DNA of 64,000 nucleotides, taken from positions 9,362,001 to 9,426,000 of the forward strand of contig NC_135257.1 of NCBI RefSeq assembly GCF_964204865.1. Reading direction: 5' to 3'. How positions within the stretch are numbered: the stretch's first letter is position 1; each line of letters starts with the position of its first letter. This DNA comes from Styela clava (taxonomy: Eukaryota). Positions 38,823-51,905 of the stretch are shown here, piece by piece. A program made the position numbers and the translations under genes. The notes beneath the pieces were generated by a model. That model was not told the origin of the DNA and did no database searches. It worked only from the letters and a program-made list of their open reading frames with translations.

Positions 38823-41772
38823 CTACAACTCATCTCTGTGCGCATAGCTCTCGTCTGCCTCTCCCGGTCGAATATATTTTTTTGTGACACGCTCCAATAG
38901 TTTTGGCGCCAACTTTCGGATGTCATCTTCAGTTAGATAATTCTTCTTTTTCAGATCCATTTGCCGGAATGCCGCATGTGGTGTTTGGCGTTTTTCTCTC
39001 GACTCTTCATTTCTTACTTTGTCGAAATATTTGAAAAATCTGAAATATATGACATGTCTTATAGCCGCTTTAATACTTTTCACAAGGACATATCGAAGGT
39101 GTACGTGAGTATGATTAGGAAATACCAGAGATGGCATTTCGATGGATGTGTCGTAGTTTATCTATAGTTATTGAAAAACAATCCGGAAAGCTAGAATAGC
39201 CAAAGCTCAATGTAGATTTCAGTTTATAGTTTTTGTGGGCTGTGGCCAACATATTTGGTTTGCTTCAGGTAAACTGATAAACCTTTTACCTTTCTCTTCT
39301 CAATTTATCACCGTCTCTTAGCAGGGAATATAAATGGTGTCGAAGTTTTTCCGGATCCGATGTAAAATTTTCCGAATTGATTACTCTTTGTCCCTGAAAG
39401 TAAATTAATATTTAGATTGGTATTTTTCAGGAAACAGATAGAAATGGGGTGATACAGTAATAGGACAGCTTGTTTGTCATAAAAAAAAAGTAGTGAGATT
39501 TAGAATTTATCGCATGTCACATGATATAAATGGAAAGTCAAAATAATGATTATTAACATGTGTGGATTAATATTCGAAACATACTTGAAACCAACTGCTG
39601 TCGAAATATCAATAAATCTGTTGGTTTCACGGCAAAGATTAATAGAATCGTCAATATATGATGGTAAGAAGGGTGAATACACAAATCTCAGTCATAAAAC
39701 GTAGAATTCAATTTATTTGAGGTAGACAGATAATCCGTTTAGAAAAGTTGAAACTGAATAAATTACATCTTCAAGTTTCCACATGAAATAAAGTTCATTC
39801 ATTGTTGTGTATCGTTCTATATCCGCTTCTGCACATCCAGTGTCATTGAACTCTTTTTGTGGAGTCCATAAAGTAGAAAATGACAGACTCCTACCGTATG
39901 ATCTCACTTGATGAAGATGACCTGTAACATGAAAGTTTCTTGACTATCTAATAAGTATCTAATTTTTACTAAGCTACAACCCGAAAATCAACTGTCAAGA
40001 AATAATGCGAGCATGTGTTTTTGAGAAATTGTCTAATATAACGCAAAATATTCTGATATATATATTATATTATAAACATAAGTGGGGATGGATTGATATG
40101 ACATGCAACTATCTATGTATACGTCTTTTTCGTATCTTTGTGTTATTGCGTTCGCATGGCCTTAGTGTAAGTAAGTCGTGCTTTGCAGAATCATTACAAA
40201 CCTGCAGGAATGAATACACAATCGCCTGGTTTCAATGTTGTCCAGGTCCAAGGGGTCTTTGAAATCTTTGGATGTTCATACATGTTAACCATCTCTGGAT
40301 CTATTTTAGATTCTCCTCGTCCTTCCTGGTAATCGTGCTGAACAGAATAGATTTTGATTCGAACTTAATAATACACAGAGTGCAATATATATATAGACAC
40401 CAGGTCAATATAAGATCCACTACATCTACACGGCGTTTGCTGAGCAAGGCCTTGTGTTCTTGTCTCAATTGATTTACGTAAATCCCGGTAGTGGCAAAGA
40501 AAATGATGGGTGAAAGAGCACGCCCACAAGGAAGAAAAAAGTCTCCAACGCGACGCATACATTTTTGAATGTTGGAAATTCAAAATCGATCTGCCCAATA
40601 GATGAAAAAAATGCTTTTTTGTTCCAACAATATCAACATAACAAACAACAACAATTTAGTAAAACTTTTCATAGGGGCACTTTGATCTATATTTATTTGT
40701 AAATACTACTATTTTTAATACCCACCTCAAAGTCAAAAATATCGACATGCTCTGGTTCATACAGAATAAAATCTTTTCTACCACTCACAAGACAGTGCAT
40801 GTTATGATCAGGATCGTAATGAAGCTTTGTGCTCGTACCTCCAGCGCTCATCCAAATCTCCACTTCCTTGAAAAATAAGGCAAATATGTTTTGTTTTGCT
40901 TCAAAGTATATCATTAATATTCATGCAATTCACACCACGACATTTGCCGATATCGAATCAGCATTGCAAACGTCTCAATCTGGCCAATTAAGTGATCTGT
41001 TAATTCCAACAATAACATTTATATGTATTATCCCAGTCGTGTGTTTCCCAAGCCATTATCTTGTACTCACTTGCAAAAACTTTTTGAATGATCCACAGAG
41101 TAGAGATGGAACAGCTGGTATTGCATGCAGCATTTCATCTGGCACTGGACTGACAAGATACCAATCTTCCATATTATATCTGAATTGATTTCATAGAAAA
41201 TACGAATAATCTTATGCTACCAAGTTCATTCAATCAATAAAGAAATGATATATAAACGCGTTTAATGATTACAAGCCTAATGTATTTTATGGAACCTCTC
41301 ATCCCAAATGGAAGGTGCGTTGTGAATAATAAATCTATTTTCTGATGGGAAATGTACAAAATGTTTGAATTGAAAAAAAGTTTGAATAAACTCTTACCTT
41401 TTAAGAAATTTCTTCAATTTCATCAGCTGAGGTTCAAATACACTTCCTGGTTTTTTTGTAGTAACATCCACCATAATTTCACCATATTCTGATTTCAAAT
41501 AATTGTCATCCCAGGTTGTAAAAATTTCAGCACTTTGGTTGTATCCGTCTCTAAATTGTGTAAGATATTACATTGTTGAAAAAAGGTTGTCAAGGCTGCC
41601 AAAAAAGAGATGACATACAGAAGTTCTGTCAAAGTACGACATATTTATTATACAATTAACGCTTACTTTAAAACAAGAGGAGTTTTTGACTTGACATGTG
41701 TTTCCCAGAAAGTTTTCGGATCAATTACTTCAGTATATTCCTTCACTTTACCTTGTGGAGTTCTTTGCCATC
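38823..41772 (-). CDS. JmjC (cupin-like) Fe(II)/2-oxoglutarate oxygenase with degenerate EF-hand and C-terminal RDEL; 5' exon(s) unresolved
   Basis: Eight in-phase GT-AG exons: 41772-41667, 41550-41398, 41179-41071, 40866-40726, 40337-40202, 39921-39767, 39393-39290 and 39039-38823 (~373 aa, no stops). Motifs: DPKTFWETHVKSKTPLVLK, WDDNYL, IWMSAGGTSTKLHYD (HxD), NMHCLVSGRKDF, LKPGDCVFIPAGHLHQV (distal His), AFRQMDLKKKNYLTEDDI and ...HRDEL*. Confidence 0.88.
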
Positions 41773-43860
41773 CTGAAATGAAGATATTTTATGATAGTTT
41801 GCTCAAGACAATGCCACAATTCACAAGGACTAAATCGTTTAAAAACAAAAACGAAAAAAATTTTCATCAGATAAAAAGTAAATATAAAAAAGACTTGAGT
41901 GCGCATAAAAAATATATATCACCTTGTGCTTTTGCATGACATGAGGAATTACAATGTAATTAATCTGAAATTTTTCAGTTTTACCGTTTATAAGATGGTA
42001 GAATACAATAATCTACTAAAAGTCAAACTAGTATAATATGAAAACAGTATTTTGAAACACAAGAAACAAAGTTACGAGGGTTTGCATGGGAATTTATTAG
42101 AAATTAGTGAAAAAGCTAACATTTTTTTAACAATATTCATAGATTTGGCGAAATTATAAAATTGCAACGAAGTTTAATATATTGTATTAGTAAACGCACG
42201 GATCATTTCCAAGCGATCCGAAATCGACAGCATAACAGTATGAAGAAAAAGTAAGAAAAGGAATACGTTAATCAACATCGACGAATTTTAGAAAATATGA
42301 TGTCAAGCATGCAGAAATTGTTTAAGGTAAATTGATAAAATAAAATAAATAGAAAACAAATAAAAATTGATTCATATGTGTTTGAACGGTGAACAGTAAA
42401 TATAATAGATTTGTCATAAGTTTTGTATACAAGCATGGCACAAAAACGAAACTAAACTATTTGTGTTGTATGTCAGTTGTATGAAAAATTCGAATTATAT
42501 AGATTTCATCCATTCTATAATGGTGCCGAAAGAGTATTAACTTATATCATGTGATGTATCAAAACTTATTTTCAGAGAGAAGGGCACACTCTATTAAGTT
42601 AATAGAAAAATATATATCAGTTAGAACAAACTGCAGATACATAATATTATAACTGTATTTTGTATTGAATTACAAAATCGGAAGGACATGCTGGACAACG
42701 AACAACCTATTTTCATGGCAATTGCTTTGATGCGTGTGTATAATGTGATATATTCCAGTTTTATCTTTATTCGTTTGTTGAGAAAACAAATAAATGATTT
42801 TCCCGAATAGCATAGCCTAATTGGTTATATCATTTAATGCCTCTATGGCTAATGAAAACATACATATATAAAAGACTTATACACTCACCCATTTACAAAA
42901 AATAATACTGACGAGCATGTAACGTAAATGCCATTTCCAAAACAAATGGGAAAGGGATCCAAACACATTTGTTCAATTTGACTCAGTCCAAATCAGTTAG
43001 TAGTCCTACATTACAAAAGTGGCAAAGCATTTTAAACAGTGAACAACATATTGTTTTAGAAATCGATTTGGTGCGTGCATCCGCATACTAGGGTAATTTC
43101 TACAATCTACCATAATCTGTTTGTTGAGAAAACAAACTTTCCCCGAGATGCGTAAGCGATAATATGATATATTATTATTATATATTATGAGATCGTTGAA
43201 AATATCGCAATAATTGTTCATATTTGACGTCTTTTGCAGTTCTAAACGTAGAAATCTCGCTTCAACTATAAGTGTAGCTTCTTCGAGTATGATGAATGCA
43301 CGTATTAAAACGAAATCGACTTAAAACTGAATCTTGATTTTTAGCGTCATTTCACGGTTCAACACTCTTGAGTTATTATACCAAACGATCTAACGGAAAC
43401 GATCTTCTGATCTTAAAATTATTCCTATGATCGAAATCAGAGATAAACCTGACTTCATGATAAAGAATTGGCAGAAAGAATGATACGCAAATTAAAGAAT
43501 GGTGTCAAAAATATTCATTTTGAAGTATTGCAACTTCAAATCTGGACCGCATTTTGATATTTCGACACTAGCTCATTACATCACAAATCCCTTTCGAGAG
43601 TAAATTTATTTTTACACTGAAATAAAACCTGGCCATACATTTTTTACATCACGGGTTCCGGGAAGTAAATATAAAATTCCAATAGCCACTCTATCTCTTC
43701 TTTTCACATGATGTCAGCAGCAAACGAATACGTCACTGCGTACCATTTATGAATTTTCTGCAGGTTAAACGAAAAAGTCTCTCATATTTTAGTAACTCGC
43801 CTATATAAGCCGCAAGCAAAAAGAATGCTTTTCATTTTTTACTGATATCGTAGAAAAATC

Positions 43861-44709
43861 ATGTCCGCGTTATACACAATTTCAGTTTTGTTCGCAGTAG
43901 CAGTTTTTAAATCTCAATGTCAATCATCGTGCGACTTGAATTCATGTCGATTACAAGTGGTTTGTGACAGTGATGGCACAGGGCATACTAGGAACTCAGA
44001 AAGTGAGTATTGAACTTGTAGTAAGTATATGCACAATTTTTCACTTGAAATACAATATACATAAAAAAAATTTGATGTTGCAGAATGTCCACAGACCGCC
44101 TACAATTTTCCTGGGGGTAAACAAACAACAGATTTTATTCGCGTCAAGTCTCCAATACCACAGATGCGTGAATTCTCTATATGTGCATGGATGACACCGA
44201 AATCTGGTTCGAACGTGAAGGGTGCTTTTGTGAGTTACTCCACACCGAGAATGGACAATGCGTTTCTGGTGTTTTTTGAGGACGGTAATAAATTGACCTT
44301 GTGGTACAATCAAGTCAATAGTGGGGATACTACCGATTTCCGGATGACGACTAGAACGCATTTTTGCATAAGTTTGGAAACATTTCTTGGAACAGCAAAG
44401 ATCTATGTCAACGGAGCACTTTTTCAAACACGTACATTTTCCAACCAACGAAACGAAATAGAAGGTGGAGGTGGTTTCATAATAGGACAAGAACAAGATA
44501 GTTATGTGGGCGGCTTTGATGGCAGCCAGTCGTTCGCAGGAGTGATTGAAAATTTTATGATGTGGAATCGAGCTCTCAGTCCAGAAGAGATAACAACCTT
44601 GTATCAGGGCCGATGTTTGTGTCCAAAATACCACATGTTGCATCTAGCACTTCATGAAATTCAAGTGTATGGAAAGGTGACCGCACAGGAAGTAGATGGT
44701 TGTCATTGA
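43861..44709 (+). CDS. Secreted short pentraxin, copy D, 255 aa
   Basis: Exon 1 43861-44002 (MSALYTISVLFAVAVFKSQCQSSCDLNSCRLQVVC...), 81-nt intron, exon 2 44084-44709. Same pentraxin motifs as copies B and C. Confidence 0.93.
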
Positions 44710-45195
44710 TCTAAGCCTAAACAGACAGCAACGCCATACGTTACAAATTGAGACCGGTGTTTAATTCGATTCAACAACATTCATTCTAAGCTTAAATAGT
44801 GTTTAACATTTCTGTATTAAATGTTATTTTGTAAAATATAATGTAATTAGATTCCGGGTGGACAGTTTAAATTCATCCTCGAACCAACAGTTTTGAACAC
44901 GAATAAAACTCATTTGAAAATTTTATTTTTATTATTATTTGTGGACATCATTTTTTTTAGCAAGATTTGAACATGTAGACGGTCCTAAAAATTTTTTTGT
45001 TGATTGGTAAAGGATATATCTGCAGATCCTGTTACCACTGCTATTGTATTTTTTATTCAAAATATACGAGTGGCGGATTAGGTTTTGTTTTATCTGTAGC
45101 AGACCAGACTGGTGATATTGGGCATATGAGAGAGTGTTTGAAATAATAGGAAGAGCAGTGAATTTTATATGAAATATCTGAACGTGACTCTATAG

Positions 45196-45842
45196 CAAGG
45201 GTTTTCAACCGGGGTACCACAAAACCCTCCGGTTCCACCAGTGCCGACCTGGGGTTCTGCAAGTTTACGTTCAAATCCGAGCGTCAATACGAATATATGT
45301 ATAAAAAATTGCATTTAGTGTTGCTCCGTCATAAAAATAACCAGAAAAAGCTTTTGACATATTGTTACATCATTAATGTTACCGAATTGACCAGTGTTAT
45401 GACTAGCTGAAGCAACAAGCGAAGATGAAGTAGTGTCGGTGACAATATAAAACGGCATTTTTTCTTTATGTCACTTTCTCCGCTGTGAAGAATTTGAAAT
45501 CTTACACTAAATGTAGATATATGCACGTTTTAATGAGTTTTTATGGTGATTTTAGTTAGATAAATGCAAATAATGATCAATGTGTTCGGACAATAAAAAA
45601 TAAAATGTTTTGTATTGCACTGTTTACCTATTCCTCGCACTATTGTGGCCCGCAAATGATACAAAAATGATGATGTAGCCCACGAGGCCGCAGACCACCC
45701 TGACCTATTAAGTTTTCCACTATTAAATAACCTTGCCATACTTTAAAGATCATTTTGTTTTGCCACTATTGCACAGGGGTTTCCCGAGCCTCTGGAATGT
45801 TCAACTGGAGTTGAGCTTCACCAAAAGAATTAAAAACAACTG
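45196..45842. mobile_element. Probable hAT/Charlie-like MITE
   Basis: Termini CAAGGGTTTTCAAC... and ...TTAAAAACAACTG with GGGGTTCC-like subterminal motifs. It interrupts the pentraxin 3'-flank homology seen at ~36950. Confidence 0.45.
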
Positions 45843-46099
45843 CTCCATGATCTCGATATAGGGCGCTTGGACGGTACATGTCTTAGTACCTTCAGTGGCG
45901 GTAGCCTCCATTTAATGACATAAAAAATTTAGCCTTAGAAAAATTGACAATTACACATGACAGACAAACAACAAAATTATAACAACAAAAACTATACTGT
46001 ATTTGCATTGCGCATAACCAGAATTTAGGTTTTGTAATGCCATGAGCTCCCGTTGATATAAATTCATTTTGTCTTGAAGGAAATGGTGAAAAAGGGTAA

Positions 46100-46272
46100 T
46101 GTGCGGCTCTTTCTATCATGTACCCGTGGATCAGATTCAAATAACTTGTTAACTTTTCCCATACCCGACATGGACTAGAACCCGACGGGGGGCCATGGTT
46201 CGCCATATGAATAGACCGTCATATCGGCTTTTCTCTCCATCGAGATAAATATGAAAAGTCTATCCTATCCTA
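46100..46272 (+). mobile_element. SINE 3' portion with (TATCC)n tail
   Basis: Reverse-complement homologue of 54561-54700, ending ctatcctatccta. Confidence 0.6.
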
Positions 46273-46498
46273 CAAAACAACAACTAGAAGTTCAATTTTA
46301 AATCTTTCAGTGTTCTTTGTATAGAAAGCTTTTTGGTGGGTTTGTTATTATGCCCGCGGGTTGTAAAATTCTTTTTAACATTCTTCAGATATAATCTCAC
46401 GAATTGGGGATCGGAAATTCCCCCAATATGTGCTGGTTATGTAATTTATTTCAATAGTTCGCGATATTTAGCGGTGAAATACATTACGGTTAGATCAA

Positions 46499-46658
46499 AC
46501 TCACGAAAATCACGCAGTATTTGCCATCCGAATGTATTACATATATTATTTTCGTGTTCTCAAACAAAAATACAGATTACTCACGAAAATCCCGCAGTAT
46601 TTGCCATCCGAATGTATTACATATATTATTTTCGTGTTCTCAAACAAAAATACAGATT
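46499..46658. repeat. 80-bp tandem duplication (2 copies, near-identical)
   Basis: actcacgaaaatc(a/c)cgcagtatttgccatccgaatg...tacagatt occurs twice with a period of 80. Confidence 0.9.
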
Positions 46659-49600
46659 TCCAACTAAAATGTCGTCATTAAATTTTTGCAATAAGTCAAA
46701 TGTTATTCACTTCCATTCACTCAACTGCCTATTGAAGGTGCAAACATTTTATTTTGTTTAATGTTATGTACATGTATTAACGGTTCATTAGCTTCCGCGA
46801 TTTTCCGCCACCAACAAAACCGTAGATTTTGTATATTTATTTAACAATTTTGCTTATCAACGATTGAACGCATGACCAAAAGGTTAGAATAGCGCTGGGA
46901 GTCGACTCAAAACCGTTCAAAATTTACGTTTTTTTTAAAGCATTAGGTAAATTCAAACCTGTGCAAACTTACTTGCAAAGTTGTCAATTATTATTTGATT
47001 GTGGTCAAATAGAAATATTTAAATATCTTGTGGTCAGTATAAAATATCTCGTATGGTATTATATCTCACCCAAAGGTCGTAAATGTCCGTCTGGTAATCC
47101 GGTAGCGGACTTTCTACTCCTTGGTGGAAAGACTAGATCCAATGATTGATCCTTGGGAAACAGAACTTCAGCATCCACGTTCAAAATAACTACGAAACCA
47201 GCTATCAAAATTTGCAAGTGGATATGATACATGACGATTGAACCTATTTGAAAATATGTGATAATATCAAAGTTATCAGTGTCAGTTATTATTTATCAGT
47301 TACAAAATATATAACTTCCCGAAACTTTTATCAAACAGGATTATTCTCCGACTGATGCACTAAGTTGCAATCGACGAATTTTATGCATGAAATTTTTACG
47401 GACTCGGCTCGTTAGATTTCTCCGATCCTCACGTTTAAGGCTTTTAACATTACCATGACGTGACAGCAATTTAAATTTTTGAATGGCACACAAAATAACC
47501 CGGGAATTTTGCTAAACCAAGCTCTTTCCAGTGTTGAACCCGCCTACATGGGATCATTGCTTCAATACTTTATACTGTGATCTTAACCTCCGATTAATTT
47601 GTAGAATACCCAATGTTGCCTACTTCTGGAATCTCAGCATTAATCGTAAAATGCTTTCAATATTTCTGACCATTCGCCAAAATGTCATAACCTGTTGTTA
47701 CTAACTTTTTATATATTATTCAACAGAGTTATCCGTATTTACTGAAACATCTTTAAATCAAATATCCTGTTACACAATAACGTGTATGTTATGTGCTAAA
47801 AACCAAGTCCGTCTATACTATGTAGTAATGAGATATTGTTTACTTTGCTACCTTTTTGGTTGGGCTCGAGAAAGTTTATTCAATATTCTTTTGTACTGTT
47901 GGCGACGTGGAACCATATCTTTGGCGACAATACCCTCGAAATGTCACGCTATAGCGAAAAAGACACGTAGAAAATCGATGATCAAGTGCTCTCGTCATAT
48001 ATAAATCATACATTACAAATATCGTCGCGAAAATTGGACGCTTACGCTATAAGTTTGATTTCGTGAAACATTGAAATATCGCGATAAAGTACATTGTGAT
48101 TGTCGCCCTATCGACTTTCATTTGGCATATAGCATGCAGAATTAAATTAGCTGAATTAAATTACGTACCGGATTACTTAGCATGGTAACGAGTTCATCGA
48201 ACTGCAAACGAAATAAAATATTCCTCTCTTCAGTTGGTGGGAAGATTAAATCGAAAGTCGGGCTTCCTGTGATAAAATATGCCAACAAAGATGACCTGCT
48301 GGTTTATGATCTTCTATTGTACATAAAATTCTCGCAAATCAAGCTCATTACATATGCATGCACGAGGTCAACAAAAATTACTTAGCTCAATATACACCAA
48401 TCCTATTTGTATAAAATTTCGTGAATCAATTAAAGTCAACTTGACACTGCAATTGTTATTCGATCAGCACCAAACTTGGTCGGTTTTCTGTTGAATTGAT
48501 ATTCTAACGACTTCTGTGGTTTGTAACATTCTTAACACAACATCAGTGAAGTATTAATCGTTGATGTTCTTACTTTATTGAAAAACATTCATTTGCCAAA
48601 AAAGTGAATAGTTTGGAAGAATCTAGGGTTGCATGTGTTTAAGGGGTCATACTAATGCCGGCAACAAATCTGTGTACGAACAACCATTTGACTTTAGAAT
48701 TCATGAAATTAAGTAACCAAAAATTTCACGGCCGAATATATCTGTGTGAGGTCTGGACATATGTGACGTCGGCCGATGATTCGATCCACTGACATTTGAA
48801 ATCGCACGCATTGTGGTTCCCAAACTATGCAGAACCAGTGTCAGTTTTGGGAGGCATGGGGCACAAAACCTCGCGTTGAAAAACTCAATTTAAGTATTCT
48901 ACTTGTCGAACATAAAGATTCTGTCATGTGCCGTCCAAAAACATTCTCTCTTTACTCGGGTAAATAAATAAGGAGATCTAATAGATTACGTATAAAATAA
49001 AACCACAAACGAGCTCCAATCATATTACAGGCATAGGCATTGATCAAATCTATCGTTACGTAAGCGGACGAGTATGTAAAATACCGGACAACATATTTTT
49101 CTTGGAATCACTATCTTGCGTGTATCTTTCTATCTACATGCAGGGGAATTTCCAAAAGGCACCGTATCTGTTTGTTGTGAAAAGATGAACCAATAAGATA
49201 ACTATATACACGCATCCATGAGCAAATCTCGTGCGCCTTAAATTCCAAGATATAATTATATTACAGCCGCGATAAAAGTGCCTGATAAAGGGCATAAACA
49301 GTCACATTCATATCGATTTATTAAATATAAAGTACATATATATTCGATCGACTCAAGGAGTCATTTTATTTTAATTAATTTTTCTCCTGAAAAGAAATTT
49401 TGTTCGGAGCAAAGCTCATCACCGACTTAACAGAACGAAGGACTTTAGAATCTTTCCATGGTAACTGCTAAGATGATAGCGGCTGTACTGTAAAATTATA
49501 CTATGACTTTGATTCTTTCATTGGTTGGTTCATTTAATCAGAGCATCAGGTAATCTATATATTTTCACGAATAATCACTGTCCAAACTCAAAACCACGAT

Positions 49601-50579
49601 TCTTTACCGTTTACCCAATACTTGATTGAATACAATTGTCAAATTTCATGCGCAATTATAATTTATCGAAAGATAGATTTAAATGTATATCAAAATAGCA
49701 AATAGAACACGAACACATATTATTTTGATATTTAGTAGTGAGTGAGTATTTTTGCAAGTGAATAAAACCTAAACTATCTTTAGGAAATGAAACTTTTCTG
49801 AGATGGATTGGTCTGGCAGCTGGAGAGAAAGGCGGCGTTTTTCATAACAACTACAATCAACCAAGCAACAATAACGATCAAGCAAAACGATCGAACGGAA
49901 CAAACGAAAATGTGTCCCAACCACAATCTCTTCTTTCTCAGTCAACTAGCAGTCTAATGATATTTAATTAATATTAATCAATATTTACACAATTCAACAA
50001 CTTCCACTCGAAGGTGTAGGGTAGTTTTCTATTGATTCCTTATTTTCAATCATTGAATATTGTACTCGCAGATATATTTTTCGTTTTTCAGGACGTCATG
50101 ATGATCAATTTATATGCTATCTATGTCAGCATGAAAGGTGTATACATCAACAAAACTTGCAGACTGATGAATCATCTGTGATGAATTTGAACTGACCGCA
50201 GGGATCAACAACCTCAATTAAAGTTACTTGCCTATAATCCATGACCCTAGGAACCTTACTTGAACCTTAAACACCATATATATTCCCTTAACCAATTTTC
50301 CTACCTCTGTATCATACCGCCCTAATTAATTTTAATTATGATTACCGGTACTGTTATTGATTAATAGTATTTAAAATGATTTGGCTTGTTGTGGCTTCTA
50401 TTTGATGAGTGAAGCAGGTCTAGCCCACCTCTTCATAAATCCAACTTGGCAATTCTGATTGGGCAATTTGGCATTAGGTGACTCCAATTATAATCAGCTT
50501 GACGATACCTTTTGAGGAATACTTTTCTATCCACAATACATTACTCTTGTTGACTAATTCGGTATCCAATTTAGCAATC

Positions 50580-50950
50580 CTCATAAAATTATTAATTTGG
50601 TGTGGCAAAAGAATTTATTCATTTTTTTTTATTTGTTTGTATATTTTCCTTCCTTTTTACTTTCAAGTCTCGCTTTTTTCGCTTCCGACAGTATCATGTC
50701 TCGATGATTGTGTGTGTGTGTGTGTGTGCGTGCGTGCCTTATTTAGTTTTTTTTTACTTTTGGGTGAGCGAACACGTACTACTTTTTTTATCAATACCTT
50801 TCCATCTAAAATCTGTACGTTTCAAACCTTACTCTAGGTTTTGTTCGCTTTCCCGATTCTATAATCAGTTACTTTTACTTTTATCTATTTTTTTTTATCG
50901 TCTATTGCTGATTATGGAGTCGAAATAAACTTATACTTATACTTATACTT
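50580..50950 (+). mobile_element. Probable non-LTR retrotransposon 3' end with (TG)n and (CTTATA)n tail
   Basis: AATAAA is followed directly by (CTTATA)x3-4 at ~50923-50950. There is a (TG)n run at 50709-50727. Confidence 0.4.
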
Positions 50951-51664
50951 AAAATATTTTTGAAAAACAAAAAGTCTATTCCCAGGGTGACAAAGAATCG
51001 CAGCGATTAAATAACATGCTTCAATGACCAGAAACAATAAAGCAATGATCAAATATATACCACGAAAGTCAAAACAATTTTTTTCCACAAAAATCTCATT
51101 CTCAATGATGCTGGAACTGTGGAAAAGAATGGATTACATTGCCACTACCAGTAGCCTACTAGCTTTAGCACCGGATCTCTGAAATGCTATCGCGGTGACG
51201 TCACGGGGTTCGCATTGTTCACTTTTGATTACGTCTTCACACAACTTCAAAGTTAGGAAACAAATCAAATAGAGGCCAGAGTCCACCGAACTTTTTGAAA
51301 TGAAATAAAAGTAATAGCCTTCTAGTGGTAACAACACTCTTCAAATCAATTGGTCTTATAAGGGCAAGAGAAGAGTGATTTTTACCACTACTGCAATAAC
51401 AACAAGATGAATAAGGGAATAACAACACCAACAATTTAATAAAACGATCCATAGGTTCACTTCTATACTCTAAACTAGCGTTTCCTAAACTGTCTTCCGC
51501 GGCACACTAGTGTGCGCAAGAGAATCTCAGGTGTGCCACGGAGCCTTTTGGAATTTTAGAAAATGAAAATACGGTCTTCGTATTACACATAGGCACGCGT
51601 GCAACGGGCAAGCTTGTAAGATTTGAGTATCCAGGGTTAAACTGGCAATATTTCTGCATTTGGC

Positions 51665-51905
51665 TTATCCTTGTAGTAAGTGTGATTGTTACGTTGTAAT
51701 TGTATTGCATGTCATAATGTATTTGTAAACAATACTACCACCTTCTAACTGTCAACGTCTGCGCTTAGTTAGGCTAAAAAGAAAGCGAGTTTTGTCTATT
51801 TGGTTACAAATTCTATTTATTCATCGGTGCAAAATCCTTCAAAATAATCTAGCCATTTGCATCTTCATGGCTCAGTAAACCCGGATTTCCTGCTATGACT
51901 GAAAT
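51665..51905. repeat. ~250-bp direct repeat, copy 1 (copy 2 at ~54125-54371)
   Basis: Both copies begin ttgtagtaagtgtgattgttacgt and end gccatttgcatcttca.ggctcagt.aac.c.gatttcctgct.tgac.gaaat. Confidence 0.8.

Noticed and set aside
46499-46658. Tandem repeats (also 55120-55284, 15964-16084, 17455-17495) as a possible CRISPR-like array
   Set aside because: Only 2-3 adjacent copies with no unique spacers, in a eukaryotic context.
49803-50200. Asn/Gln-rich ORF-like stretch followed by an acceptor-like site
   Set aside because: An early frameshift and stop prevent a coherent gene model. Likely a TE-derived relic.
50478-50928. Hydrophobic 119-aa and 108-aa ORFs
   Set aside because: They are products of T-rich low-complexity sequence and the (TG)n microsatellite.
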